DNA of 64,000 nucleotides from Azospirillum brasilense (GCA_003241645.1 QFOX01000009.1:2534-66533); one strand, 5' to 3'; positions 40,405 to 49,378 are shown, counted from the stretch's first letter. Numbers and translations: made by a program. Notes: a model not told the origin generated them from the sequence alone.

Positions 40405-41670
40405 ATGATCGCCCCGACACATGCTGCACGCCGTTTCTCCGACGACGAACCCGTTGCGTTGGCAAAACACGCGATCGTGCTGCTGGAACAGCATCTGGCG
40501 CAGCGCTATGGCGTGTATTGGGAAGGCGGCGCTGAAGTGGAATTCACGGCCCGCGTGCGCCCCGGGCTTGACCACGCGCGCATGCGCTTTGGCACCCGCG
40601 ACAGCGCAGCCGTCAAGCAACATGGCACCGGGGCATCGGCCAGCAAGCACCCGTTCCACAAAGACGCATGGTTCCCCGACAGCCGTTATGTCACCTACGG
40701 TTACCGCGAATATGGCGGGTACGGACCGCACGCCATGCTGGAAGCCGTGCTCACCCACGAGCCTGCCGGGGCCGATGGCACGCCCCTGCCCCATCACGGC
40801 ATGCAGCTCGCCCGCAATATCGAGGCACTGCGCTACCAGCTGCGCAGCCCGGCACCGGGCTACAAGAACACGCCGGTGCAGGCCCCCAACCCGGTGCAGT
40901 ACCACCTGACGGAAGCCACCCGCCAGGCGCAGGCTTTGTGGCACACCCTGCTGCCGACCGCGGGCGCACCCCCGGCCGAGAACCCCCATCGCGCGGGGCG
41001 CTGGCAGGCATTCCACCGCACCCGGCTGGCCGAGGTGGCGTTCGGCACCTTCCTGCCCGAGCACGAAGCGCACGAAGCCATGACGCTTGGCCTGCACATC
41101 AACAGCAGCCTGAAAGACATAGAAACCGGCGAAAGCGTGCACCCCACCCGCGAACACACGGCCAACCTGTTGCACGCCACCCAGCGCATGATGCATGCGG
41201 GCGGCTACCTGCTCAACCCCACCGACGATAACTGGCAGCGCTGGTCGCACCGCACCGCCGACGCGCCGTTCAGCCGCTACCAAGGTGAGCGCAATGCGCG
41301 CGAGGTGAAGGTGGTGGATGGTGCCGGCGGCTTCTACATGGAAAACAAATTACCCCCGGCCAATTGCAACCCCTACTACGCCCTGATGCTGCAATTCATG
41401 GCGTTCGAGGTCGCCTTGCGCGAGCAGCATTTCCAGCGCACGGCCGAGGGCTACAGCCTGCAGAGCGCCCCCACGGGGCCGGTCATTCCCGCCGCATCGC
41501 CCGCGCAGCAGAAGCAGCAATTCTTCGATGGCGCGCTACAGGGGGAACTGAACCGGCTGGAGGATGGCCTCGGCGATCGATTCCTTGCCGCCATTGCCCA
41601 TATGCCGCCCGGCACCGAGAAGACCGCCATGGATAAACGCCACGCCGAAAAAGGCGAGCATCTGCGCTGA
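40405..41670 (+). CDS. Divergent glutamine synthetase / glutamate-cysteine ligase superfamily (carboxylate-amine ligase-like) protein, paralog 1
   Basis: The ordered motifs are GAEVEF, EAVLTHEP, GLHINSSL and ENKLPPANCNPYYALML. They parallel the GS blocks ExEF, HHE, GxHxHxSL and ExRxPxxxxNPYLA. It aligns block by block with 42574..43797. Confidence 0.55.
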   Translation: MIAPTHAARRFSDDEPVALAKHAIVLLEQHLAQRYGVYWEGGAEVEFTARVRPGLDHARMRFGTRDSAAVKQHGTGASASKHPFHKDAWFPDSRYVTYGYREYGGYGPHAMLEAVLTHEPAGADGTPLPHHGMQLARNIEALRYQLRSPAPGYKNTPVQAPNPVQYHLTEATRQAQALWHTLLPTAGAPPAENPHRAGRWQAFHRTRLAEVAFGTFLPEHEAHEAMTLGLHINSSLKDIETGESVHPTREHTANLLHATQRMMHAGGYLLNPTDDNWQRWSHRTADAPFSRYQGERNAREVKVVDGAGGFYMENKLPPANCNPYYALMLQFMAFEVALREQHFQRTAEGYSLQSAPTGPVIPAASPAQQKQQFFDGALQGELNRLEDGLGDRFLAAIAHMPPGTEKTAMDKRHAEKGEHLR

Positions 41671-41696
41671 ACGGGCGCAGGCCGTGGCATGCCGCC

Positions 41697-42482
41697 TTAG
41701 AAGTTCGCGAAAAAGATCATCGTGCAGGCATTGGCGCTGCTGTTGGTCAACTGGTAGTCGGACCCCGTATCGCTGCTGGACGCGGCCGTGGTGCAGCTGG
41801 TAATGCGCCCGCCATGCACTTTGCCGCGGCCGGGCTTGCCGTCATCCATTTTGGTGTCGAGGTTCCAGGCTTCCTCGGCTTTGAGGATAGGGTTGGTCGT
41901 GGGTTCGAGGGTACGCTGCGCGCCAAGGAAATACACGTTCGCGGGATAGTTCAACCCATCGAAGAACGACCCGCCACTGATCACGATATCGCCGCGGATC
42001 AGTGTCCAGCCTGCATTGCTGATTTTTGAGCGCGGTATGTTGACGCCGATCGTCGACGTATCCGCATCGCCGCCATTCGCCCCGGTATAGGTGCCCTCCA
42101 CCAGTCCGGCGAGCGCCAGTTGCTGCCAGTGGCGGAACACCTCGCCTGTCGCCCCGGCGGTGCTGGAGCCCACTTCCATGTTGCCGTCCCCATCGCCATT
42201 GCAGGTGCCGGGCGTGGCGGCCGTACCGCTATCGCCACTGCAAAGCGTGTTGTCCTTGCCCCAGAAGGCGGTGGCATTGGTCATGTCGCCGGGAAGGGCG
42301 AAATATTTGTCGCGGAACGTTTGCGTGGCGGTGACCCAGCGCTGGTATTCGGTGCTGGCGGCCCGCAGTTCGGCCGCGCGGATCAGCGCCTGTCCACCAA
42401 GGATGCCCCCCGTAAGCAAGCCAAGAATCACGAGAACAATAGAGAGCTCGACAAGCGAGAACGCATGCTGATTTTCCGACAT
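41697..42482 (-). CDS. Prepilin-like protein (paralog 2 of 5)
   Basis: MSENQHA-FSLVELSIVLVILGLLTGGILGGQALIRAAELR, FRDKYFALPGDM, C-x12-C-NGDGDG, WQQLALAGLVEGTYTG, EEAWNLDTKMDDG, and a C-terminal Cys pair. Confidence 0.8.
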   Translation of the reverse strand: MSENQHAFSLVELSIVLVILGLLTGGILGGQALIRAAELRAASTEYQRWVTATQTFRDKYFALPGDMTNATAFWGKDNTLCSGDSGTAATPGTCNGDGDGNMEVGSSTAGATGEVFRHWQQLALAGLVEGTYTGANGGDADTSTIGVNIPRSKISNAGWTLIRGDIVISGGSFFDGLNYPANVYFLGAQRTLEPTTNPILKAEEAWNLDTKMDDGKPGRGKVHGGRITSCTTAASSSDTGSDYQLTNSSANACTMIFFANF

Positions 42483-42573
42483 GGGTGAAGCATAGCATTA
42501 TTTCCCCCGGGGGGCATGCATATTTCTGGAAACAGTCATGAAACCTTAAACATTCTGCTTTACAATCAGCAGC

Positions 42574-43797
42574 ATGACGGAACACACGGACAAGCTTTCC
42601 TCCCGCGCTTCCCTACGCGACGACCCGCCCGTGGCGCTGGCGAAGCGCGCCATCAAGCTGCTGGAAGCGAAGATCCGGCAGGAATTCGACCTAGAATTGC
42701 CGCTTGGCGTGGAGCTGGAATTCGGCGTGCTCTCCAACCAGCGCCAGCATAAGGCCTCGCCCGCCGAACAGTATGGCGTGCCGGATGCGCTGGGCAAGAT
42801 CAGCAACCACACCGCCTCGGCCTACCGCCACCCCAAGAACCGCGATGCGTGGTTCCCCGAGAGCCGCCGCGTGGCGTACAGCTACCGCGAAGAAAGCAAC
42901 GACGACCGCTGGGACATGATGGAAGTGGTGCTGACGCATGAGCCCCGCGGGCAGGACGGCACGCGCCTGCCGATCGATGCGCTGGCCACCGCCCGCGCCG
43001 TGGAAGCGCTGCGCCACCAGCTGCACCAGCCCTCCAGCGGTTACATGCCGCGCAAGCATGGCGCTGGTATCCCTACGGCGCAGCTGGGCGTACGCTACTG
43101 GCAGCAGCAACGCCGCGACACCATCGATATGCTCGTCACCGAGGCCGTGGTGCCCGGCACCTTCAACAGCCATGGCATGCACCTGAACATGAGCCTGGTG
43201 GATGCCTCCACGCAGGAGAACGTCATGCTGCGCTCAGGCCTGAGCGCGGAGACGGTCACCAACATGCTGCGCCAGGGCATCGGGGCGGTGCAGATGGAAA
43301 ATTTATGGCTGGTCTGCCCGCATCGCCGTTCCATGGAGCGGCAATCCATGCGCATGGGCCCGATCAGCGACGTGATGGGCCGGGTGAAGAACAAGCGCGG
43401 CCAGAAAGATTATGTGGAAAATTCGCTGCCGGGGGCCGACTGCAACCCCTATTACGCCATCATGCTGCAACTGGCGGGCACCTATCTGGCGCTGAAAGAG
43501 GCGCAGTTCGGCTATGATTACACGACGCAGCAGCATGTGCTGGGCAACCCCGATTACGCGCAGGACCTCAAGGCACCGCAGCCCGGCGAGAAGCAGGTGA
43601 ATGCGCTGACACTGAACGATTTGCAGGCAAATTTCCGTGCGGGGTCGCACCTGCGTGACGCGCTGGATGCCTGCGAGCCCGGGCTGGGCGATGCGTTCCA
43701 TCACGCCATCGAGCAGACCCCACCGGGCTACGAGAAAAGCGGCATGGACAAACTTCAGAAAACGCGGCGCACACTAGCGCCGCAGCGCGATCGTTAG
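42574..43797 (+). CDS. Divergent glutamine synthetase / glutamate-cysteine ligase superfamily (carboxylate-amine ligase-like) protein, paralog 2
   Basis: GVELEF, MEVVLTHEP, GMHLNMSL and ENSLPGADCNPYYAIML occur in the same order as in 40405..41670. The N-terminal (DDPPVALAKRAIKLLE) and C-terminal (PPGYEKSGMDK) blocks are also shared. Confidence 0.55.
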   Translation: MTEHTDKLSSRASLRDDPPVALAKRAIKLLEAKIRQEFDLELPLGVELEFGVLSNQRQHKASPAEQYGVPDALGKISNHTASAYRHPKNRDAWFPESRRVAYSYREESNDDRWDMMEVVLTHEPRGQDGTRLPIDALATARAVEALRHQLHQPSSGYMPRKHGAGIPTAQLGVRYWQQQRRDTIDMLVTEAVVPGTFNSHGMHLNMSLVDASTQENVMLRSGLSAETVTNMLRQGIGAVQMENLWLVCPHRRSMERQSMRMGPISDVMGRVKNKRGQKDYVENSLPGADCNPYYAIMLQLAGTYLALKEAQFGYDYTTQQHVLGNPDYAQDLKAPQPGEKQVNALTLNDLQANFRAGSHLRDALDACEPGLGDAFHHAIEQTPPGYEKSGMDKLQKTRRTLAPQRDR

Positions 43798-44381
43798 GCC
43801 TTGCGGGCCGCCTGCTTCTGCAGGGCGCCGATCAGGTAATCCAGCCCTTTGGAACTGACGATGGAGTTGAACTCCGAACGCTGGGTCGCGCGCAGCGAAA
43901 CACCTTCCACGGCAATGTCCACCACCTTGTAGCTCTTGGCGTCCTCGCGCAGCGTGTAATCCACGTAGATCGGCGCGCTACCGGCATCGATGATCTCCAT
44001 GGTCACCTGATAGGTGCCATCGTCGCCGCGGGCGTTCTTCAGGTTGTATTTCTGGCCGCTATATTTGGTCAGGCGGCCCGCATAGTTCTTGATCACGAAC
44101 GGCTGGTAGGCGGCAAGGTAATCGTTCTGCTGCTGCTCGGTGGCGGTGCGCCAGTGGCGGCCCAGCACGTATTTGCCTACGTACGGAATATCCACCGCGC
44201 CGGAGAAAACATCTTCCAGCTTGCTGAGCTTGCTGGCCTTGCTTTCATCGGTCTTGATGATGGAGAGCACGTCGCCCGCCACCCCGTCGATGAATTTCTG
44301 CGCATCGGCCGGGCTGCCCGCAAGCGCCGGCTGTGCAGCAACGCTGCAGGCCAGCACGAGCGATAGGAAAAAACGCTTCAT
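43794..44381 (-). CDS. mlaC: MlaC/Ttg2D-family phospholipid-binding periplasmic protein
   Basis: Signal peptide, then FIDGVAGDVLSIIK...VDIPYVGKYVLGRHWRTATEQQQNDYLAAYQPFVIKNYAGRL, typical of the toluene-tolerance Ttg2D/MlaC family. It is adjacent to mlaA. Confidence 0.75.
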   Translation of the reverse strand: MKRFFLSLVLACSVAAQPALAGSPADAQKFIDGVAGDVLSIIKTDESKASKLSKLEDVFSGAVDIPYVGKYVLGRHWRTATEQQQNDYLAAYQPFVIKNYAGRLTKYSGQKYNLKNARGDDGTYQVTMEIIDAGSAPIYVDYTLREDAKSYKVVDIAVEGVSLRATQRSEFNSIVSSKGLDYLIGALQKQAARKA

Positions 44382-44392
44382 GCTTCTCCCGC

Positions 44393-45127
44393 TTACTTCG
44401 CTTCGTATTCGGCGGGGGTCGCGTTGCTCTTATCGAAATCGTTGTGGCGATTTGCGATCTGGGCATCACGGCGCTGGCTGTAGATGCTGCGGAAGGTCAC
44501 GTACGAATCCAGCGAGGTTTCGTAGATGTCGTCGATCGGATCGATCAGGCGCTCACGCTCGACCAGTGCCTGGCCCGCCGCCATGTAGATGCGGTCATCC
44601 TGCTCGAGGTAGTAGCTGAACGGATCGGTGAACCAGTCCACCACCATGCCAACCGCGTCGCGGCCATTGCTCGGCCCGATCAGCGGCAGCACAACGTACG
44701 GACCCGAACCCACGCCCCAGACCGCGAGGGTCTGGCCGAAATCTTCGCGGCGCTCTTTCAGGCCAGCGGTGGTGGCCACATCGTTCAGACCCGCGATACC
44801 CACGGTGCTGTTCAGCGCAAAGCGCCAGAAGCTGGTCAGGCCCTGCTCCATGTCGCCCTGCAGGAAGGCGTTGAGCATGTTCACCGGCTCACGCAGGTTG
44901 TCCGAGAAGTTGCCGATGCGCTCACGCACGGGGTCCGGCGTGATGTAGCGGTAACCCTTGGCCACCGGGGCGAAGGCATACTGGTCAACCACTTCGTTGA
45001 AGGATTGCACCCCACGGTTCATGCCCTCGAGCGGATCTTCGTCCGGGTTCGAGGCGCAGGCGGTGAGGGAAAGCGCGCTGAGCAGCAGCGCCGCGAGGAT
45101 CGTGTGTTTCTTAGCCGAAGAGGTCAT
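44393..45127 (-). CDS. mlaA: Outer-membrane lipoprotein MlaA/VacJ
   Basis: Lipobox LSLTAC, then DPLEGMNRGVQSFNEVVDQYAFAPVAKGYRYITPDPVRERIGNFSDNLREPVNMLNAFLQG... is the VacJ family signature. The start is at 45127. Confidence 0.88.
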   Translation of the reverse strand: MTSSAKKHTILAALLLSALSLTACASNPDEDPLEGMNRGVQSFNEVVDQYAFAPVAKGYRYITPDPVRERIGNFSDNLREPVNMLNAFLQGDMEQGLTSFWRFALNSTVGIAGLNDVATTAGLKERREDFGQTLAVWGVGSGPYVVLPLIGPSNGRDAVGMVVDWFTDPFSYYLEQDDRIYMAAGQALVERERLIDPIDDIYETSLDSYVTFRSIYSQRRDAQIANRHNDFDKSNATPAEYEAK

Positions 45128-45341
45128 AATGGTCCCGTGGTTCAATGCACTGTTATGTAACGCGCATGATGGCGCGCTCAAGCTTCTTTTTAGCGCGTTT
45201 GTGTAAACAATTCGTTGCCACATATGCAAGCCCCCTGTGAAGAAGGTTGACAGGCCGTCATTTTTTCCCTTTGTTTTCCACGATTTTAGCCATTTCCGGG
45301 GTTTGTCGAGTGCCAGCGCTTTCTTTGCATTTGTTGCAGTT

Positions 45342-46286
45342 ATGTCACAGGGGTTGCCGATGAGCATCGCGGCCCACCAGCGCGCCTTGCTTTCCGCCGC
45401 CCAGATGGGGCAGCTGCAGGCCCTGCGTGAGCTCTATGGCGCGGCTGCGCCGCATGTGTCGTTCGAATTCTTCCCCCCCAAAACGCCCGAGGCCGAGGAA
45501 AAGCTCTGGGGCGTGATCGGCACGCTGGCGCCGCTGAAGCCGCGCTTTGTTTCCGTGACCTACGGCGCGGGTGGCTCCACGCGCGAGCGCACGCACAGCA
45601 CGGTGGCCCGCATTCGCCGTGAAACCGAACTGACGCCGGCCGCCCACCTCACCTGCGTCAACGCCACGCGCGAGCAGATCCGCGAAGTGGCCCAAAGCTA
45701 TTGGGATGCAGGCGTCAAACACATCGTCGCGCTGCGCGGCGACATGCCCGATGGCGGCGGCTACGTGCCCACGCGGGGCGGTTATGAATACGCCGACAGC
45801 CTCGTCGCCGGGCTGAAAGACGTGGCGGATTTTGATATTTCGGTGGCCGCTTACCCCGAAATGCACCCCCACGCGCTCAGCGCACAGGCTGACATCGACC
45901 ACCTGAAACGCAAGTTCGATGCCGGGGCGAACCGCGCCATCACCCAGTTCTTCTTTGATGTGGACGTGTATCTGCGCTTCATGGACCGCGTGCGCGCCGC
46001 CGGCATCGAGGCGGAGATCGTGCCCGGCATCCTCCCCGTCACGAACGTGGCGCAGCTCAAGCGCTTTGCGGCCTTCAGCGGCACCAGCGTGCCGGCATGG
46101 CTGGGCACGCTGTTCGAAGGGCTGGACGAAAAGCCCGAGCTGCGCAACCTTGTGGCCGCCATGGTCACGGCCGAACAATGCCGCATGCTCATGCTCAACG
46201 GCATCGACCATTTCCATTTCTACACACTGAATCGCGCCGAATTGACGCAGGCAATTTGCCATGTGCTCGGTGTTCGTGTAAGCTAA
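45342..46286 (+). CDS. metF: 5,10-methylenetetrahydrofolate reductase
   Basis: VSFEFFPPKTPEAEEKLW...FVSVTYGAGGSTRERT...HLTCV...NRAITQFFFD are MetF motifs. The start is ambiguous between 45342 and 45360. Confidence 0.92.
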   Translation: MSQGLPMSIAAHQRALLSAAQMGQLQALRELYGAAAPHVSFEFFPPKTPEAEEKLWGVIGTLAPLKPRFVSVTYGAGGSTRERTHSTVARIRRETELTPAAHLTCVNATREQIREVAQSYWDAGVKHIVALRGDMPDGGGYVPTRGGYEYADSLVAGLKDVADFDISVAAYPEMHPHALSAQADIDHLKRKFDAGANRAITQFFFDVDVYLRFMDRVRAAGIEAEIVPGILPVTNVAQLKRFAAFSGTSVPAWLGTLFEGLDEKPELRNLVAAMVTAEQCRMLMLNGIDHFHFYTLNRAELTQAICHVLGVRVS

Positions 46287-46291
46287 AGCGC

Positions 46292-47062
46292 ATGAGAAAC
46301 GCTTTCTCCCTCGTTGAACTCTCGATCGTGCTGGTCATCCTTGGCCTGCTGACGGGCGGCATCCTTGGCGGGCAGTCACTCATCCGCGCGGCGCAGATCC
46401 GCGCCGTGACCACGGAAATGAACCGCTTTGCGACGGCGACGATGACCTTCCGTGACAAGTATTTTGCGGTGCCCGGCGATATGAGCAATGCGATCAGCTT
46501 CTGGGGGAAAGCCGCCGGAACCGGCACCGATTCCACCTGCGCCGATTTCGCCAGCACAAGCCCGGCAACGTGCAACGGGAACGGGGATGGTCGCATCGGC
46601 ACTGCGCCGGAAGTGTATGAAGAGATGCGCTATTGGCAACATCTGGCGAATGCGGGACTCATCGAAGGCAGTTACACAGGCACTTACACGTCGGGCGTAG
46701 GGTACGCATTCGGCGTCAATACGCCGCAAAGCAAGCTGTCGCCCGCCACATGGTATCCATGGCATTTCGGCAACCTCGCGGCCACGACCAGTGATTTCGG
46801 CGGCAGTTTTGGGAATGTGCTGGAGATAGGCGCATGGGATGGCGGCTCCACAACACCCCCTGTTCTGCGCCCCGACGAAGCGTGGAACATCGACGTTAAA
46901 ACCGATGACGGGGCCCCCGCAAGCGGCAAGGCCATTGCAGGCAAAGGCACCACTGCGCGGCCCTGCACCTCGAATGCCAATAACATATCGGATGCAAATG
47001 CCACCTATAACCTGACCAACACCGGTGTTATCTGCTACTTGCGCTTTACAAATGCGTTCTAG
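46292..47062 (+). CDS. Prepilin-like protein (paralog 3 of 5; first of tandem array)
   Basis: MRNA-FSLVELSIVLVILGLLTGGILGGQSLIRAAQIR, FRDKYFAVPGDM, C-x10-C-NGNGDG, WQHLANAGLIEGSYTG, DEAWNIDVKTDDG. The ATG lies 5 nt after the metF stop. Confidence 0.82.
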   Translation: MRNAFSLVELSIVLVILGLLTGGILGGQSLIRAAQIRAVTTEMNRFATATMTFRDKYFAVPGDMSNAISFWGKAAGTGTDSTCADFASTSPATCNGNGDGRIGTAPEVYEEMRYWQHLANAGLIEGSYTGTYTSGVGYAFGVNTPQSKLSPATWYPWHFGNLAATTSDFGGSFGNVLEIGAWDGGSTTPPVLRPDEAWNIDVKTDDGAPASGKAIAGKGTTARPCTSNANNISDANATYNLTNTGVICYLRFTNAF

Positions 47063-47095
47063 CACGATGCATGCATATCAAGGGTTCGCAATCTC

Positions 47096-47842
47096 ATGAA
47101 ACAGGCTTTCTCCCTCGTTGAACTCTCGATCGTGCTGGTCATCCTTGGCCTGCTGACGGGCGGCATCCTTGGCGGGCAGTCGCTCATCCGCGCGGCGGAG
47201 CTGCGCAGCATCCCGGTCGAGTACAACAAATACATGACCGCCATGCAGACCTTCCGCGACAAGTATTTCGCCCTGCCCGGCGACATGAGCAACGCCACCA
47301 AATTCTGGACGGCGGCGGCCAGCTGCCCCGGTGATTCCACCACGCCCGCGACCGGCCCGGCCACCTGCGATGGCGACGGCAATGGGATCCTCGGCGTGGT
47401 CGAGCGCTACCGCGTCTGGCACCATCTGGCGAACGCGGCGCTGATCGAGGGCACCTACACCGGCGTTCCGGCCACCGCCACCCCGGCACATCTGAGCGTG
47501 GGCAGCAACGTGCCGCGCTCCAAGCTCAGCAATAGCGGCGTGCAGATCTCCAAACTCTCCGACACCAGCAGCGGCATTCTCTACAACGCAGGCGATTCGC
47601 GCCACTCGCTTATGTTCCTCGGCACCGCGACCATTCAGGTTTCCAACCCTTCGGCCATCCTGCTGCCGGAAGAAGCATGGAACATCGACACGAAAATGGA
47701 TGACGGCGCGCCGGGCACGGGCAACGTCCTGAATTACAACACCGCCAGCACCACGGTGGGCACCTGCACCACCAGCGCCAGCGCCTATGCGCTCACGCTC
47801 ACCAGCAAGGCCTGCGCGCCCTATATTATGTTTAATTTTTAA
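47096..47842 (+). CDS. Prepilin-like protein (paralog 4 of 5)
   Basis: MKQA-FSLVELSIVLVILGLLTGGILGGQSLIRAAELR, FRDKYFALPGDM, C-x13-C-DGDGNG, WHHLANAALIEGTYTG, EEAWNIDTKMDDG. Confidence 0.82.
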   Translation: MKQAFSLVELSIVLVILGLLTGGILGGQSLIRAAELRSIPVEYNKYMTAMQTFRDKYFALPGDMSNATKFWTAAASCPGDSTTPATGPATCDGDGNGILGVVERYRVWHHLANAALIEGTYTGVPATATPAHLSVGSNVPRSKLSNSGVQISKLSDTSSGILYNAGDSRHSLMFLGTATIQVSNPSAILLPEEAWNIDTKMDDGAPGTGNVLNYNTASTTVGTCTTSASAYALTLTSKACAPYIMFNF

Positions 47843-47892
47843 CGCGCACCGGTTACACTGCACGTATCCACCGCCCAACGGATCGCGCCCTT

Positions 47893-48687
47893 ATGAAAAA
47901 ACAGGCTTTCTCGCTCGTTGAACTGTCCATCGTCCTCGTCATCCTTGGGCTGCTCACCGGCGGTATCCTCGGCGGGCAGTCGCTCATCCGGGCCGCGGAG
48001 CTGCGCTCCATTACGGCGGATTTCAGCCGCTACAACGCCGCCTTCCGCACCTTCCAGGATAAATATTTCGCCTTCCCCGGCGACATGCGCAACGCCACCG
48101 CCTTCTGGGGGTTTGCGGCCGGCACCGCGGGCAACGACGCCACCTGTTTCAACGCCACCCAGACCGGAGCGGGCACCTGCAATGGCGACGGCAACGGCGA
48201 CCTGATCAGCCCGCCCACCGCTTCGGCCACTAACCCGCAAGGCGAAACATTCCATGCATGGAAGCAGATGGCCAATGCCGGGTTGGTCGAAGGCACCTAC
48301 ACGGGCTATCGCGGCACCGGCGGGGCCTATAACACCACGCCGGGCGTGAATGTACCGCGTGGGCGCATCAGCAATGCCGGGTTCTCCCTGTGGTCGAACG
48401 CCGCATCGCATATCGATGCGAACTGGTTCCCCACCAAATCCGGCCCGTTGCTGATGTTCGGCACCTCGACCACCGGCATCACCGAATCGCCCGCCATCAA
48501 ACCCGAGGAAGCATGGAACCTCGACACCAAACTGGACGATGGGCGGCCCGGCTTAGGCAATGTGCGCACGCACAAACAGGGCAGTTCGTTCACGCCGAAT
48601 TGCACCGATACGACCGATCCGAACACCGCGGCTTATGTGCTGAGCAGCAACGGCGTGCTGTGCAACATCTACATGTTCATGCTGTAA
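47893..48687 (+). CDS. Prepilin-like protein (paralog 5 of 5)
   Basis: MKKQA-FSLVELSIVLVILGLLTGGILGGQSLIRAAELR, FQDKYFAFPGDM, C-x10-C-NGDGNG, WKQMANAGLVEGTYTG, EEAWNLDTKLDDG. Confidence 0.82.
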   Translation: MKKQAFSLVELSIVLVILGLLTGGILGGQSLIRAAELRSITADFSRYNAAFRTFQDKYFAFPGDMRNATAFWGFAAGTAGNDATCFNATQTGAGTCNGDGNGDLISPPTASATNPQGETFHAWKQMANAGLVEGTYTGYRGTGGAYNTTPGVNVPRGRISNAGFSLWSNAASHIDANWFPTKSGPLLMFGTSTTGITESPAIKPEEAWNLDTKLDDGRPGLGNVRTHKQGSSFTPNCTDTTDPNTAAYVLSSNGVLCNIYMFML

Positions 48688-48694
48688 GCGCCGT

Positions 48695-49372
48695 TTAAAC
48701 GTCGGCCTTGCGCAGCTTAATGACCACGCGGCGGTTGATCTCCTGATTCGCGGGGATCGGGTTGCCGGTATTGTCGCGGTTGGGCGCTTTCGGCTGGGTC
48801 GAGCCCACGCCAATGGCGCGCAGCTTGTTCTCGGGGAAACCCTGCGCCGCAAAAAAACGCACCACGTTGCTGGCGCGCGCGCTGGAAAGCTCCCAGTTGC
48901 TGGGGAACTGCGCGGTGGCAATCGGCGTATCGTCGGTATGGCCTTCCACCTCGATGACCACATCCTTACTAGCGAACGTCATCAGTTGCTTGGAGAGCGC
49001 CTTCAGCATCGGCAACGCCTGTTTGCTGAATTTGTTGCTGCCACGCTCGAAGAAGGAACTGCTGGCCAGCTCCATGCTCACCGCGTCGTCCTGCTCGGAA
49101 ATGGCAATGAACTGGTCATAGCCACTCGCACCCAGCGCCAGCGACAGATCCTTCTGCAACGCTTCGAACGGGTCGGTGATGACCTTTTCATCCTGATAGA
49201 ACCCCTCCATGCGCAGCGATTCGGCCATCTTCTCCATCAGCTCGCCATTCGGCGTGGACATGGAGAACATAATGACGAAGAAGCACAGCAGCAGCGTCAC
49301 CATGTCGGCATAGGTGATGAGCCACGCGTCGGTATCTTCGTCCTCTTTGCGGGGGGGGCGCTTGGGCAGCAT
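48695..49372 (-). CDS. motB: MotB-like stator protein (OmpA/MotB C-terminal domain)
   Basis: WLITYADMVTLLLCFFVIMFSMS (the MotB plug/TM with the conserved Asp) and a C-terminal HTDDTPI...SNWELSSARASNVVRFF...NRRVVIKL. Confidence 0.8.
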   Translation of the reverse strand: MLPKRPPRKEDEDTDAWLITYADMVTLLLCFFVIMFSMSTPNGELMEKMAESLRMEGFYQDEKVITDPFEALQKDLSLALGASGYDQFIAISEQDDAVSMELASSSFFERGSNKFSKQALPMLKALSKQLMTFASKDVVIEVEGHTDDTPIATAQFPSNWELSSARASNVVRFFAAQGFPENKLRAIGVGSTQPKAPNRDNTGNPIPANQEINRRVVIKLRKADV

Positions 49373-49378
49373 GGCGTG

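Noticed and set aside
45128-45341. Possible SAM-II (metA-type) riboswitch in the 210-nt region upstream of metF
   Set aside because: I see cgatttt...agcc and U-rich tracts, but not the downstream AAAGC pseudoknot strand on the metF strand. I cannot reconstruct the fold by eye, so a covariance-model scan would be needed.
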